A stretch of DNA of 64,000 bases from Octopus sinensis (lineage: Eukaryota): the NCBI RefSeq assembly GCF_006345805.1, contig NC_043001.1, positions 75,764,001-75,828,000 on the forward strand, given 5' to 3'. Each line of letters opens with the position of its first letter. The first letter of the stretch is position 1. Below are positions 1 through 12,630 of the stretch, in pieces. The position numbers were made by a program, and so were the translations under genes. The notes below the pieces were generated by a model. That model saw nothing but the letters and a program-made list of their open reading frames with translations. It did no database searches and had not been told where the DNA came from.

Positions 1-913
1 ATGACAGATGCTAATAAAAGATTAAAGATAAATGTTATAATGATGGCACAAAATCAAAAGACTGATGGTAGAAAATAGTCGATTAAATCAATACTAGTAT
101 CTTAAAAGATAAAAATTGACCTCAGCGGAACTTGAACTCAAAACATAAAGGACTGTAGCTAAATAGTACTGCATGACTGCATGAGAATTTATCCTATACA
201 AGAGATTCTGAAAGTCCCCACGTTCACGACTGTGATAATACTCAGAGAAATATCATAAAATGAGAACTGAAAAAAATTCTAAAGTAAGAAAGCGAAGACG
301 AAAAAATGGCGTCTTTGTTTGAGTGAGAAAATAAGATTGTAATGGCAAATGAAGATATCAGAAATTGTTCAAAAACAGCAAAGCTATTTTAGTAGACAAA
401 TTAGAAGGCAGAGTTGAAACTCTTCAAATGACTTTCATTGATCGTAGATAATTATCAGTTGTAGAAGTCTTTTATTTTTACTGCTGCGAAGAAAAACTTT
501 CGACATTGCAGAAAAACGCTTAGGTTTGTTGTACATCAAGATCAGTCATCCAGTCTATTCACGAATAACGTTGTGAACCAAATATAACTGCTGCAATTCC
601 GATGTCATTCAACAGAAAATATTAATGATAGGTTTTGTGTTTCCTGAGGAAATTTGCGAAATATTTAAATCGTTTTCTTGGGTATAATTTTCGAAGAAAA
701 GAACCAAGCTGAGTTCAGGAAATTGTATGAAATTCATCGTTGTATTACATAAAGTAAATGACTTCATTATATCAAAGACATTGCTGTATACTTATAGCTA
801 TATGATGTCTAGCTGTCAATCTATTTGTCGATGAAAAACGCTATTTCTATCAAAATGTTTTTAGGTATTGTGTCATAAATATTTCAAAACCACTTATATA
901 TGTGTATGTGCTG

Positions 914-956
<43 letters not shown>

Positions 957-1066
957 AAAGCGTAAACGTCGATATTTTTCTTCTCATCGCTATATTTCAA
1001 TGTATTACATGCGTGTGGGCATATATGTATACACACACACACACACCACACACACACACACATATA

Positions 1067-1122
<56 letters not shown>

Positions 1123-1394
1123 TAAACCGCTAGTCACATGGCATGTATGAGTTTTATGTGAACCCGTCTGCTTTTTCGTTTTTGTTTCTTATATATGTTA
1201 AGATTAAAATAAACAGCGATACACAATTGATTCCATCGCTTTTTGGTTCGGTCTCATCATTATTTGACCCTTGTTCGACGTGAGTCAAATTATTAATTAT
1301 TTATTGAAGGTGTCCCGTAAGAGTGAACCTATAGTTGAACGTCATTGTTAAATTCTTCAATATTTAGCTGCTGTTTGTTTTTAATATATTTTGT

Positions 1395-1710
1395 TTGATT
1401 CCCCATTTATGGGTGAAGGAGGGCAAAAGGGAAGTATGGAGAGTAAAGCAGTTCCAGCCGGTAGCTATACTTCAGCCACTGGAAGAAGTTTGACGGCTGG
1501 CGTGTTACAGGTTCGAGAGATAAAGATGGACCAGAGAAAGTTGAAGGAGTTCAACCGACTCATAGAAAAAGATGGAACCTGTCTAAAGTTCTCATTGTTA
1601 TAATCCATCCTTCATTCGTTCGTTCTGTGTTTTATGTCTCCACTGTGGTGTGCTGTCTGTCCTTGTACTGTCCCTTCTATGTATGAGCCTGAGTACTTAA
1701 TAAAAGAAAT
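1395..1710 (+). mobile_element. Decayed LINE 3' end (possibly L1/Tx1-like) with 3' UTR
   Basis: Stop-interrupted frame VKEGKREVWRVK...LACYRFER followed by a 3' UTR ending ctgtctgtccttgt...taataaaagaaat. The same tail is carried by one SINE subfamily (26580-26815). Confidence 0.4.
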
Positions 1711-2289
1711 CACGCAATTGATTCTATAGCTACAGGATCACGGTTGATGTTATTGCCTCTTCTCATACGTCCTGCTGATAGAAATTCGCAGTTTTCAGCT
1801 ATTTGATCCTTGTTCTTATACCTGTGCTTATGAAATAAACAAATTACAAAACTTGATATATATAATCATTAGCAAATATTACTGTATGCATATGCGTCAC
1901 CTAGATAGCTTTCCCAAGATGCTAGCCCACGGTAAATGGGCGTATAAACAAAATACATACACACACACACACACACACACATACACACACATATATATAT
2001 ATATATATATTATTTGTGGATTAACCAGGCTACTATTGGTTTCGTGTTGAGAGAGATATATATCTTAACAACTATCGAACCTGTTTCATGGGATGTTGGT
2101 GTTCGAATGCGGTGTTGAGCATTCATTCTCACTGTTTGATATTAACGTGTATGTATATATATATATATGAAGTATTATTTCCCAAAATGGTTTCGAGGGA
2201 TATGTAATCCTGACGGTTACCGTGTTAACTCTTAGATCGGTTCTTAATGCCGGCTAGCCATACCGAATGTTGGGGAAACTCAAGTTAGT

Positions 2290-3430
2290 GAAAATTTACT
2301 AGACTCGGTCATTATCCTCGCTTATTATTCGAATATCCTTTATTATCCTCGGTTATTATCGGAATGTCCTTTTCTGGACTGCATTCTTTACGTACAGATA
2401 ATAATGAAATTAATAAAGATCTGGAGAATGGAGTTTTGCACATCCATATTTTATTATCCAGTTATTTACATGTTCTTCGTTTGGACATATATAATTTGAA
2501 TTTTTAATGGGCAGATTTACATATTTATTATCTGCTCTGTTAGGGTACATTATACTAAAGTTTTTCTATTACAATTATGATTTCCTATTAGTTTATACGT
2601 TTCCATTTTCTTAAAATCATCTTTATTCTTCACTGTACTTGGTGTTCAATGGTTATATCTAATTTTTCAATTTTCCTATCTTTCCTCGTATTATTATTTT
2701 TGTCCTCCCAATTTTTAATTCCACTGAATAGTGTAATTCTATCACGGTTTTTATCATTTTTCTTATTATCTTCTTTTCCAATATCCTGTTTTTTTTGTTG
2801 TATAGCTTTTTAAAATTTTAACTTTTCTCTATATTCTGCCTTAATTAGTGCTAAATTGTAAAAGCCTTCATTTTCCTTGAAAATTTCTTCGTTAGCTGAT
2901 AGGTTCGAAATATGTGTAGACACGTTTTAAACTATTTTCTGGGTTATGCTTCTAGAATGATTACTGTTTCTATTTGTGTATCTTAGGTTTGTGTTAGATT
3001 TATAAAGTTTTTAAATTCCTGCACTTAGATCTAAAGTGATATCAAGACAGTTAGCGGAGTAATGTTCATTTTCTATAGAGATGGATAGTCCAAAGTTCTT
3101 AAGGAATACGAATCTCTGTTCTCCTGATCTTTATTAATTCCTTTAATAAAGGAGAACGTTGGGAAGAAAAGAGAGTGATGTGGCATTGATGTATAATGTT
3201 GGAGATTACGGCATCAATAACAGAGCTAATTTTAATATATTAGCTGTTAAACATTTACTGATAATATCTGCTGATAACAGCGTGAATATTCTATAATTCA
3301 TTGTAATCCAACTAAATTTTATTCCTTCTACAGGAATCATTAAACAGGACAAGGGAAACTACTTCTGAATTGTATACATCATTTGCCATCTGATAATGAT
3401 ACAGCTATCTAAGAGGTGTTTCATCCAAAA
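2290..3430 (-). mobile_element. Penelope-like element RT C-terminal relic
   Basis: Minus-strand broken frames give CLDITLDLSAG and LRYTNRNSNHSRSIT, matching the FLDVTLDL...Y.N..SNHP motif seen in the 30448-31473 ORF. Confidence 0.55.
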
Positions 3431-4733
3431 GTATTCACATTTAATAACAGCCACCGGTAACCAGCCACCAACGGCCAGCAGCCAACACCAGTAACACCAG
3501 TCACTAGCAATCAATTCAGTCTGTGCGGAATCTTGTTATTTATAAACAGATATCCAAACAGTCGGTAGTGCTTTTGTTCTGTGGTTCTGAATAAAAAAAA
3601 ATATCAAAATAAGTACTAAACCCTATAAATGTTGTTGAGTATCTTCTCTTTTATAACAAATATTACCACAAGAAAAATGATACATCTGGTAAATTAGAAA
3701 ATGGTGGGATTACACGCTGTGTCTTGGCCACTCCATTTCGTAACGATTCAGAATCTGACAATTAATGTCTAACTGAAGATATACCATTAACTACCTGCCT
3801 TTGATAATGAAGACAAAACCAAATTTACCTTTAGATACAGTATCAAACTTTTCCAATAATTTGTCATGACAAAGTAAGATAAACACTGCGGATATCACAC
3901 AAAAAGTGATGCGCCATTATATTTGACTTTTGATATTCAAACTACTGTTAAAGTCTACTGTAGATGACTGTGTCCAAATTTGTACTTAACGTGGTGACAC
4001 TATGGTAGGGAAATAATTCTTGGGTGGGGTTGTAACTGCTGATTTTTCAATCAGACCAAAATACTATGTCGCCATTGTTTTGCTTTTTTTTTTTTTTTGT
4101 TTTGATTTTACATTGTAGCTACTACTTGTCCGTCTCAAATCGTGACAGAAGAGCGATAGATTTTGGTTGATTTTAGATTTTGATTTTTTGTCTCGGTGCT
4201 GGGATGGGTTTAGATTAAAAACGTACAGAACTGGAACAAAGCTTAAAACATTATCTCGAACGCTTTAAAGGCTCCGCTGAATCGCCGTCTCTAATGTTTA
4301 ACACTATAAGATATTAAATGCAAGTATGAGTGTATGTGTGCGGAAGGTGCGTGTGTGTTTGTATTAACTGCTTCACTTCTTTTCATTAGTTATTCATAAA
4401 TATATACACATACATATGTATACCATATATACATATGTGTATATGGTATATACTTAATATACATATACACACACGCACACACACATACACACACATCCAA
4501 ACAGACACATACACACATATATATATACATATATATATTATATATTAAAGTGATATTAGCGCCAAGTGGTATTTAGCCATAGCAAGTTTTAGGTTAGTTA
4601 AAATGTTTGTCACACACAAATACACATGCACACCACACATACATATATAATGCATATATTATATATATATATTATATATTATATATTATATATAAATAAA
4701 CACACACACACCATAATATATGTATATATATAT

Positions 4734-5060
4734 AATAGTGTAATAATAAAATATATGCATACATACAAACATATATGTACGTACCTACATCTACATGTAT
4801 ATATACATGCCATAATAAATATATATAGGTGTGTACAGGACACCACAAATAGACGTAGAACTCAACGAGAAACGAAAACGTGAAAACAGCATGGAACGAA
4901 CCATTTTTTTAACAACACAAGGAAAAATCCCTTCATCAGCTGTCCCTAGTTCAACTCCAGCGTGTTTCGAAGGTGTTATATATGCATGTATATATACATG
5001 TAGATGTAGGTACGTACATCTATGTTTGTATGTATGCATATATTTTATTATTACACTATT
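4734..5060. repeat. 77-bp inverted repeat (arms 4734-4810 and 4984-5060) around a 173-bp spacer
   Basis: Direct comparison of the arms shows 1 mismatch. Confidence 0.9.
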
Positions 5061-5163
5061 GTATGACTGAGCGCTTCGAGTCGATTCGACTCGATTCGTT
5101 TGGCTTCGTTCGTTTCTTCTTCTTCTCTAAGCTGGTTTATATATATATACATATATATATATA

Positions 5164-5269
5164 TATAAGTGGAGATTCCAAAAACGAAGGCCCTTGCGGC
5201 TCACATACACAAAACCGGTTTTGTGTATGTGAGCCGCAAGGGCCTTCGTTTTTGGAATCTCCACTTATA
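5164..5269. repeat. Perfect spacerless 106-bp palindrome
   Basis: Arms are exact reverse complements about the centre aaaacc|ggtttt (5216/5217). Confidence 0.95.
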
Positions 5270-5500
5270 GAAATGGAAAAAACGGTCTTTGACTGCCATT
5301 CTAATTCCTTGGTATGAGGCGAAACAGCTTGCTGCTAGCCAACTTATTTTTCTTTACTATATACTGAACCTTACAAAGTCTTGACAATTATTTTGTCGTA
5401 TTTACATACCGAAATTTACCGGTAAATAATTGTTGGTTACATGAAAAACCACAGGAAAATTATTTACCATTTTTATTATATATATATATATATATATATA

Positions 5501-5538
<38 letters not shown>

Positions 5539-5559
5539 ACATATATATATATGTATGTA

Positions 5560-6821
5560 TTGGGTTGCCAACTAAGTTTCCGCCGTTTTTTATTTAATTT
5601 TTTAAAACATTAATAAAAAATAACAACTAATTAATCAATAATGTATTCACTCTTGTTGTTTACTACTTCTTCCCAACGTTCAACAAGATTTTCAATACCT
5701 CGCTGGTAGAAATCACCCGATTTCGATTCGAAAAATTGATCAAACCAAGCTCTCAATTCTGTGTCAGTATTGAACGAAACTCCGTGCATAGCATTTGAAA
5801 GAGATCGAAAAAGGTGGAAATCCGTTGGTGTCAAATCATGAGAGCACGGTGGGTGTGGCAGCACTTCCCAGATATGCATTTGAATCGTTTCCTTGATTAT
5901 AATGGCGATATGAGGGCGGGAGCAGAAAAACTCGATGCTGCCGATTAGGTATTTTCTCTTGAATAGCCATTTGGGTCGTTTCATTTGTTGAACATAGAGT
6001 TCCGCGTTGACCTTTTGGTTCCGTTCAAGCAATTCGTAATGGATAATCCCTTCCCAGTCCCACCGTACGCACAACATCGTTTTACGTGGATGAAGATCTT
6101 GTTTCACGCGCGGTGTCGCTTGTTTACCGGGGCTAAGCCATTCCTTACGCTGCTTCATATTGATGTACAGGCACTATTTTTCGTCGCCAGTAAAGTTACT
6201 TGTGTCTATGAGTTGAGCGGTGACGAGCAAGCAAACCAGCGGAGATTGTGGATCGTTGATTTTTGTTGGTATCACTTAAATCGTGCGGAACCCATGCTCC
6301 AAACTTCTGAACCTTTCCCATCGAGTGAAGATGCTTCTCTATAGCAGTGTGGGAGCATTCCATTTTCTCTGCCAGTTCTCTTGTCGTTTAACAAGAATTT
6401 TCGTGCAAAAGTTGGTTTACTCCCTCTTCATCGAACTCAACTGGACGGCCAGAACGAGGTGCCCCTTTGTGGTCAAAATTTCCATTTTTGAACTTGGCGT
6501 ACCTATCACGAGCGGTTCTTTCAGCTACGGCACCCTCTCCATACACAGCACATATGTCGCGAGCAACTTTTGCGGCCTTAGAACCTTGATTAAAAGCAAA
6601 AAGAAGGAGGTGTCGAAAATGCTCGTTTTTCTTAACTTGTCATTCCATTATAATGATCTGAAAATAAACAAAAAATAACTAAAATTAACTAGAGAATAAA
6701 ACTCAAAATAGATTCCAAAATAATTCAAAAACAGAATTCTCGAAAAAAAATAGATTCCAAAATTTAAAAGAGAAATAACTGCCAAAATTTAAAAACGGCG
6801 GGAACTTAGTTGCCAAACCAA
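5560..6821 (-). mobile_element. Mariner DNA transposon, full length (~1.26 kb)
   Basis: 31-bp TIRs ttgggttgccaactaagtttccgccgttttt / aaaaacggcgggaacttagttgccaaaccaa (28/31 match), TA at both flanks, internal transposase remnants. Confidence 0.95.
5631..6648 (-). pseudogene. Mariner transposase, inactivated by a stop and frameshifts
   Basis: N-terminal ..KKNEHFRHLLLFAFNQG..RSGRP, WVPHDL motif, and C-terminal ORF 5631-6158 with WEVLPHPPCSHDLTPTDFHLF (degenerate YSPDLAP motif). Confidence 0.9.
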
Positions 6822-6863
6822 TATATACATATATATGTATGTATATACATATATATAGTATTG

Positions 6864-6924
<61 letters not shown>

Positions 6925-6943
6925 GTATATACATATATATATA

Positions 6944-6984
<41 letters not shown>

Positions 6985-7110
6985 TATATATTATATATAT
7001 ATATATATTTTCATATCAAAGAGAATGGAAATTAATAGAAATTATCATTTCCAGTAGACTAGCGTGTAAAAATTAGTCCAAAAACTATGTATTAGTCATA
7101 AAATACAGTG

Positions 7111-7508
7111 TATATTTAAACACATAAGGAATCCACTCATGGGATTCAACACGCTAGAAAGAACAGCTAGGTTCTATAGCCATAAAATTAGGGATAAAAT
7201 TCGACAGGAACGAAATGAAAAAATAAAAACATTTTACCATCTAATTTCCTGGACCAATTGGTTTCTGATTTTAGTTTAGCAAGAAATAACTTTTACTCGC
7301 GAGGTGAAAACGATTTCACCTCTCGAGTAAAAGTATTTTCTTGATAAACTAAAATCAGAAACCAATTGGTTCCAGGAAATAGATGTAAAATGTTTTATTT
7401 TTTCATTTCGTTCCTGTCGAATTTTATCCCTAATTTTATGGCTATAGAACCCAGCTGTTCTTTCTAGCGTGTTGAATCCCATGAGTGGATTCCATATATG
7501 TTTAAATA

Positions 7509-7510
<2 letters not shown>
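7111..7510. repeat. ~400-bp foldback palindrome (MITE- or PLE-terminus-like)
   Basis: Arms 7111-7309 and 7314-7510 are near-identical reverse complements (few substitutions and 1-nt indels) with a 4-nt loop acga. TA-rich flanks. Confidence 0.9.
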
Positions 7511-7544
<34 letters not shown>

Positions 7545-7569
7545 TGTATGTATGTATGTATGTATGTAT

Positions 7570-7760
7570 TCTCCAGGATAGATTGCTAGCTACTGAGCCT
7601 TTTTTCTATTTTCGCTCCCCGTTTATTTCTGTGTTCTTTTCTGTCGAAGAGCGTAGGCTCGAAAAGTAAAAGACGTTTCCACTTCCCGAGTGTTAAAATA
7701 ATACATCTATTGTTTCACATCCGTCTTCGCCTTTTGTCGTTTTGTAAATTCCCACACTAT
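7570..7760 (+). mobile_element. PLE terminal-repeat-like relic with degenerate hammerhead motif
   Basis: ctgtcgaa gagc gtag gctc gaaa resembles CUGANGA-stem II-GAAA with mutated core; a similar motif occurs at 17705-17740. Confidence 0.4.
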
Positions 7761-7799
7761 ATATGTATGTATGTTTATACATATGTAAACTTAGATATG

Positions 7800-8820
7800 T
7801 TTCGACCAAAGATTGGTCCAGGCCATGTCTAACTTAATAGCACCACCTGATAGGATTATTCGAATCCTGTTTAAGTCAAGTTTTGTTTAAGTCAAGTTTT
7901 GTTTATGGTCCATTCAAGTAGTTGTATGGGTGAGTTGTATCCAATTATGGGTGGCTTATCTGGTATTCTTTGAAGGAATCTATCCAGACTCCGTTTAAAG
8001 TCGATGGGATCCTTTTCTTCTTTGATCTCCCTCGGGACAATGTTAAATAGGCCAGGGCCTGTTGAGGAAATGCAGTGTACATGTATGTTGTGATCTTGAA
8101 TTGGGCAGGGGACGTATGGCCCGTGGTCCCAGTCTTGGATGAACCTTGAAGCTAATGTTAAGGTCGTTTGGGCAAAGTTGGCGGTATATTCTTCACATCG
8201 TACAAATGATGTACCGCTCACGGCGACGCTGGAGGGAGTAAAGTTTCAAGACTTTAAGGCGATCCCAATAATCGAGAGCAGCCATGCCTTCAATTCGTTT
8301 AGTGAGTGCCCTCTGGGGTGACTCAATTCTGGAGATGTTTTGTCTTGTAAGGAGAGACCACAGTGGGCAGCAGTATTCAAGGTGTGGCCGTACAAAGGAG
8401 GAAAAAAGTGGTATGATGATACCTTGTTCTCTGGACCGGAAAGTTCTTAAGATCCAGGAACTCATCCTACGAGCTATATCGACCTTCTTGTTGATGTGTG
8501 CACTCCAACTGAGATCGTCATCAACAATTACACCCAGGTCTCTGATATTGTTAGAGGTTGTGAGCGGTTCCCCTGAAGGAAGAGAGTATGGTTGTTTTAG
8601 TGAGGAATTTCTTCCAAAATGCATCAGCTCAAATTTTCCCTCATTCAGTGCATTTGTTTCTGTCTGCCATTGACTCACAGCATATAGATCAGACTGGAGT
8701 TGAGTTCGGTCTGCTTCTTCATGACGATTTGCTGGAGCTTAGTGTCATCAGGAAATATTTTCACTTTGCAGTAATGTACAACATTGGAAAGGTCGTTTAT
8801 GTAAATTATGAAGAGTAGCG
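7800..8820 (-). mobile_element. CR1-clade LINE, 5'-truncated
   Basis: FPDDTKL (degenerate RT YADD region), ORF 8193-8678 RDLGVIVD..LSWSAHI..VRPHLEYCCPLW..LKLYSLQRRRER, ORF 7892-8221 C-terminus, and a short tandem-repeat 3' tail. Confidence 0.9.
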
Positions 8821-10049
8821 GACCCAAAGAACAGTTTCTTATTGTCGTTGGCCCGTATATATTATATATATATGTATGTATATAAATTCATAGATATTAT
8901 ATATATTATATATAATATGTATGTATATCCATATATATATGGATATACGTATATGTATATATATATGTATATACATGTATATATGTATAAATATATATAT
9001 GTATGTATATATATTATATATATATATATATATCTATTATATATATATATATATATTATATATATATATATATACGTGAAAGCTGGATTGGAGTTACGTG
9101 TAATAATTATAACTGTTTGATTCTGTTTGATGCAACTTAGTTTCGCAGGTCTATAACAGGAACCCGTCTCAGTCTGAACGAGACGGGCTTCTGTCAGAGG
9201 TATACGAGACTTTAAGTCGCATGGAACCGAATCGGACTCTTTTGAATTATATATATATATATATATTATAATGGAGAAAGCTGGTTATTAATTAGGTATG
9301 TAAAAATTACTAAAATTACTAAAAGAAACCAATATTAAAATCTTGACCGTCTGGAAATATTTTTATGAATTCACGTTCTAATAAATTGCCTCTAATTTCG
9401 ATTTCTGAAATTTATCGAATTTTTTAAACTCCAAATTCTCACAAATTTAAATATTCATTACATCACGGCGTTCAATTTTTTGTAAATTTAAATATTCATT
9501 GCATTCACTGCGGAGTAGATTTTAATGTTTAATAATGAGCACTATTAATTCGTTGCAGGTAACATTTTACGTTTTTATTTGCAACAGTTTCTTATTGTCG
9601 TTCGCCTGTATTTTCATTAATGATAATTTAATAATAGCGATATAACTTTGATATGAGACACAATTTCTTGAATATTATCAGTTCCCGGAGTTTGTTAAAT
9701 GAATATTTTTGAGAAAATAAATTTTTTTAATATAACTGTATAATTTTTAAATGATTTTGTGTTGAATGAATGCATGCTATTACACAAAATAGCTGTATAA
9801 CTTTGATACGAGGCACAATTTCCAGAATATTATCAGTTTCCTGAGTTTGTTAAATGAATATGTTTGATAAGATGAAAATTCTTTAACATACAGGTATAAA
9901 GTGTTTTTTTTTTTTAAACGAAGAAGTGATTTTGTTAGTATGTCTACTTAGAACACTATAAGCCTTACAATAATAACTATGTGATTGCTGCTATTTCTAG
10001 CAGGCTAAGCGAGATAGTTTTTAACGAGCTTTCATTTATATATAATATG

Positions 10050-11064
10050 CGGCTGAAAAAGAAAATTTAGTAGCAAAGGCAGAACGGCAGAGAGAAAGAC
10101 GAGCAACTGAATCGACTGAATCAGAGGAAACCAGGGCAAAGCGACTGAATCAGATGCCTGAATATGCACAGAGACGTTGACATGACTCTTATCCCGCTAC
10201 ACATGACCGACTAATTAGAGTATATAGAGAGGAGAATATTCTACTTCAAAATAATGGTGTCAGATCAGAATAGTTGATGCAACACTAAAGAGATCTTTTC
10301 TTTGTGATCATGTGGAAGTAGTGGAGTCGACAACCAATCTAAGACTTCTTACAGAAGGTCATTCTGATGAAAGAGAGTTTGCTAATAACCTTCTTGATGT
10401 AGGAAATGGTAACATTTCTTTTGAACAAAGCCTAGGTGAATTCAAAATCAAACTACCCAATGACCCTTGCCTTGAAAGTGGTACTCTTTCAGATCTCTGT
10501 GATCCAGGATCTCTGATGAGCTAAAAATATACAGATGCTCAGATACAGTTGATAATGAAACTCTGTACTCAGTCGAGTTCATCAACAAACTTACACCATC
10601 AGGGTTTCCACCACACATTCTCAAACTGAAGAAAAATACGATGCATAATGCTTCCGAGAAATTTAAACGCTACTAATAGACATTGCAATAGTTTACACTA
10701 CATCATTGTCAGTTTACATGATCATGTTATCGAGGCGGAAGTTGCTTCTGATCCTTATGCAGGATCAACTCTGCTAATCCCAAGAATACCACGCGTATCT
10801 CAAGAAATGGAATTTCTATTTACATTTACACGCAATTTCCTGTCAAGCCAGCTTTTACCTTCACGTTCAACAAGGCACTGGGACAGACTTTTGAACAAAC
10901 TGGAATATATCTTCCGACACAATTCTTCTTACACTCTTCTTACGCGATCAGCTGTATGTTGCATTATCTAGAGTTCGGAAGGAGGCTAATGTAAAAATAT
11001 TGGCTGAGAGAAATGGAAACAGTATGATTACTGACAATTGAGTCTACAAAGAAATACTACTTTA
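10050..11064 (+). mobile_element. Helitron Rep/PIF1-like helicase relic
   Basis: NLRLL..EFANNLLDVGNG; EFINKLTPSGFPPHILKLKK; RNLNATNRHCN..VIEAEVAS..TLLIPRIP; terminal VYKEIL. These are typical Helitron helicase motifs, here frameshifted. Confidence 0.85.
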
Positions 11065-11309
11065 AAGCAAAATATGCTTTTTAGCAAGTTTCAGTAAATA
11101 GAATTAACACATAAATCATATGTAAAGTAACATATATTTGTGTGGAATTAAATTGTGTTGGCATATTTCAACACATGCCGAATGAATATCTTATATTAGA
11201 TCACTTTAAATTTAGGTATATTTGAAAAAGTAAGGAAACGTCATTCCCATGTGTTGTCACAGCACCAGACTTTTGTGTGTGTGAGTGTGTGTGTATCCAC
11301 ACTCACACA

Positions 11310-11379
11310 CACATCCATCCATCCATTCATCTATTCATCTATCCATTCATCCATTCATCCATCCATCTATCCATCCATC

Positions 11380-11438
<59 letters not shown>

Positions 11439-11475
11439 CATTCATCTATCTATCTATCTAACTATCAATCTATCT
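11310..11475. repeat. (CCAT)n/(CTAT)n tetranucleotide microsatellite
   Basis: Directly visible. Confidence 0.95.
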
Positions 11476-12329
11476 CTGCACACCTATGTAAGTTCTACCA
11501 GTTATTAATAAATATATATAACAGATTGACTCTTTAAAAAAGAGAGATTGTGACTGATAAAATAATGAAAGCAATATTTACTAAGCAAGTGAGCACTATT
11601 ATACAAAGAAATAATTAGACGTAAAATATCATTAAAAATTATTAGAATTGGGAATCAAATGTGGAAATATTATCGAGTGGCCAGCAGAAAACCGCCCGGT
11701 ATATACATACGTGAATATGTCTGCATGTACGCTTGTGCGTGTATGAGATATATGTGTGTAAGGTGTATGTATGTAATGAGCGTTTGCAGGCATCAAAGTG
11801 CTCAGAATATTCATACTTAGGTCCATTTACAGTAGTTTTTGAAGTATAAGAAGTTATTTAACTCTTTGGATATCACATCAGTACATAACTTAGTTTGCAT
11901 CAAGTAGTCTCATTTAATTAAAACCTCTAACTTACGATCACGTATATCCTCTCAACGCCTTCTCTAATTGAGGTCTAAACCCCTTAGAGCTTCCCAAATA
12001 ACGTAACTCATAAGCTTGGTGAACCTCAGCTTTCCACAGAAAAGCGACTAAATGTTTCCAAACCAGGAGTTTCGTAACGGAAAATCTAAGACCCGATAAT
12101 ACTATTTATCCATCACAATTACAAAAGTATGATGAGAGCATCACTATCCTTATTAGTTTAATATTGTTTCATGTTTAATTTCATGAGCATGCGTTTCATT
12201 CCATCAGCTTTTCCCTCGAATATCTTTTTTAAATAGAGCTGCTAATAAAGATCTCTTGTTCAACGATTTGAGTGAAGAGCATTGAATTGAGTGGTAAATT
12301 AGTGTACCCAAGCCTACCATGTCGGGCGC

Positions 12330-12630
12330 AGACGAAACACCATCACCCGCTTATCATCAGATTTCTCGCTCTAATTTTGCTCTTGACTGGTCATTCTTCA
12401 GTGTACCAGAGTTTTCAACCAGTTGGTGGATGAAGCGTTCTATAGGTCGTCCTGCCAAGACGACCCAGGGGACACTTTCCACGTGTTTTTCCCAACTCAA
12501 CCTTTGACTCACTACTTCATCATTCTTTCATTCTTCTTTCCTTCATAGTGGAGATAACACTTGGAAGATTACCATGAAGGATATATCTGCTGTACTGGAC
12601 TGCCATTTGATGTTAAGTGTAGTTCTCAGA
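12330..12630 (-). mobile_element. RTE-like LINE 3' relic
   Basis: Minus-strand broken frames LNIKWQS.. and GRPIERFIHQLVEN resemble the RTE C-terminal GRP motif. Confidence 0.45.

Noticed and set aside
240-880. Possible old transposase or exon remnant
   Set aside because: All frames are heavily interrupted and no diagnostic motif could be recognised.
4925-4980. Permuted (type II/III) hammerhead in the inverted-repeat spacer
   Set aside because: The core pieces are present, but stems I and III could not be paired convincingly.
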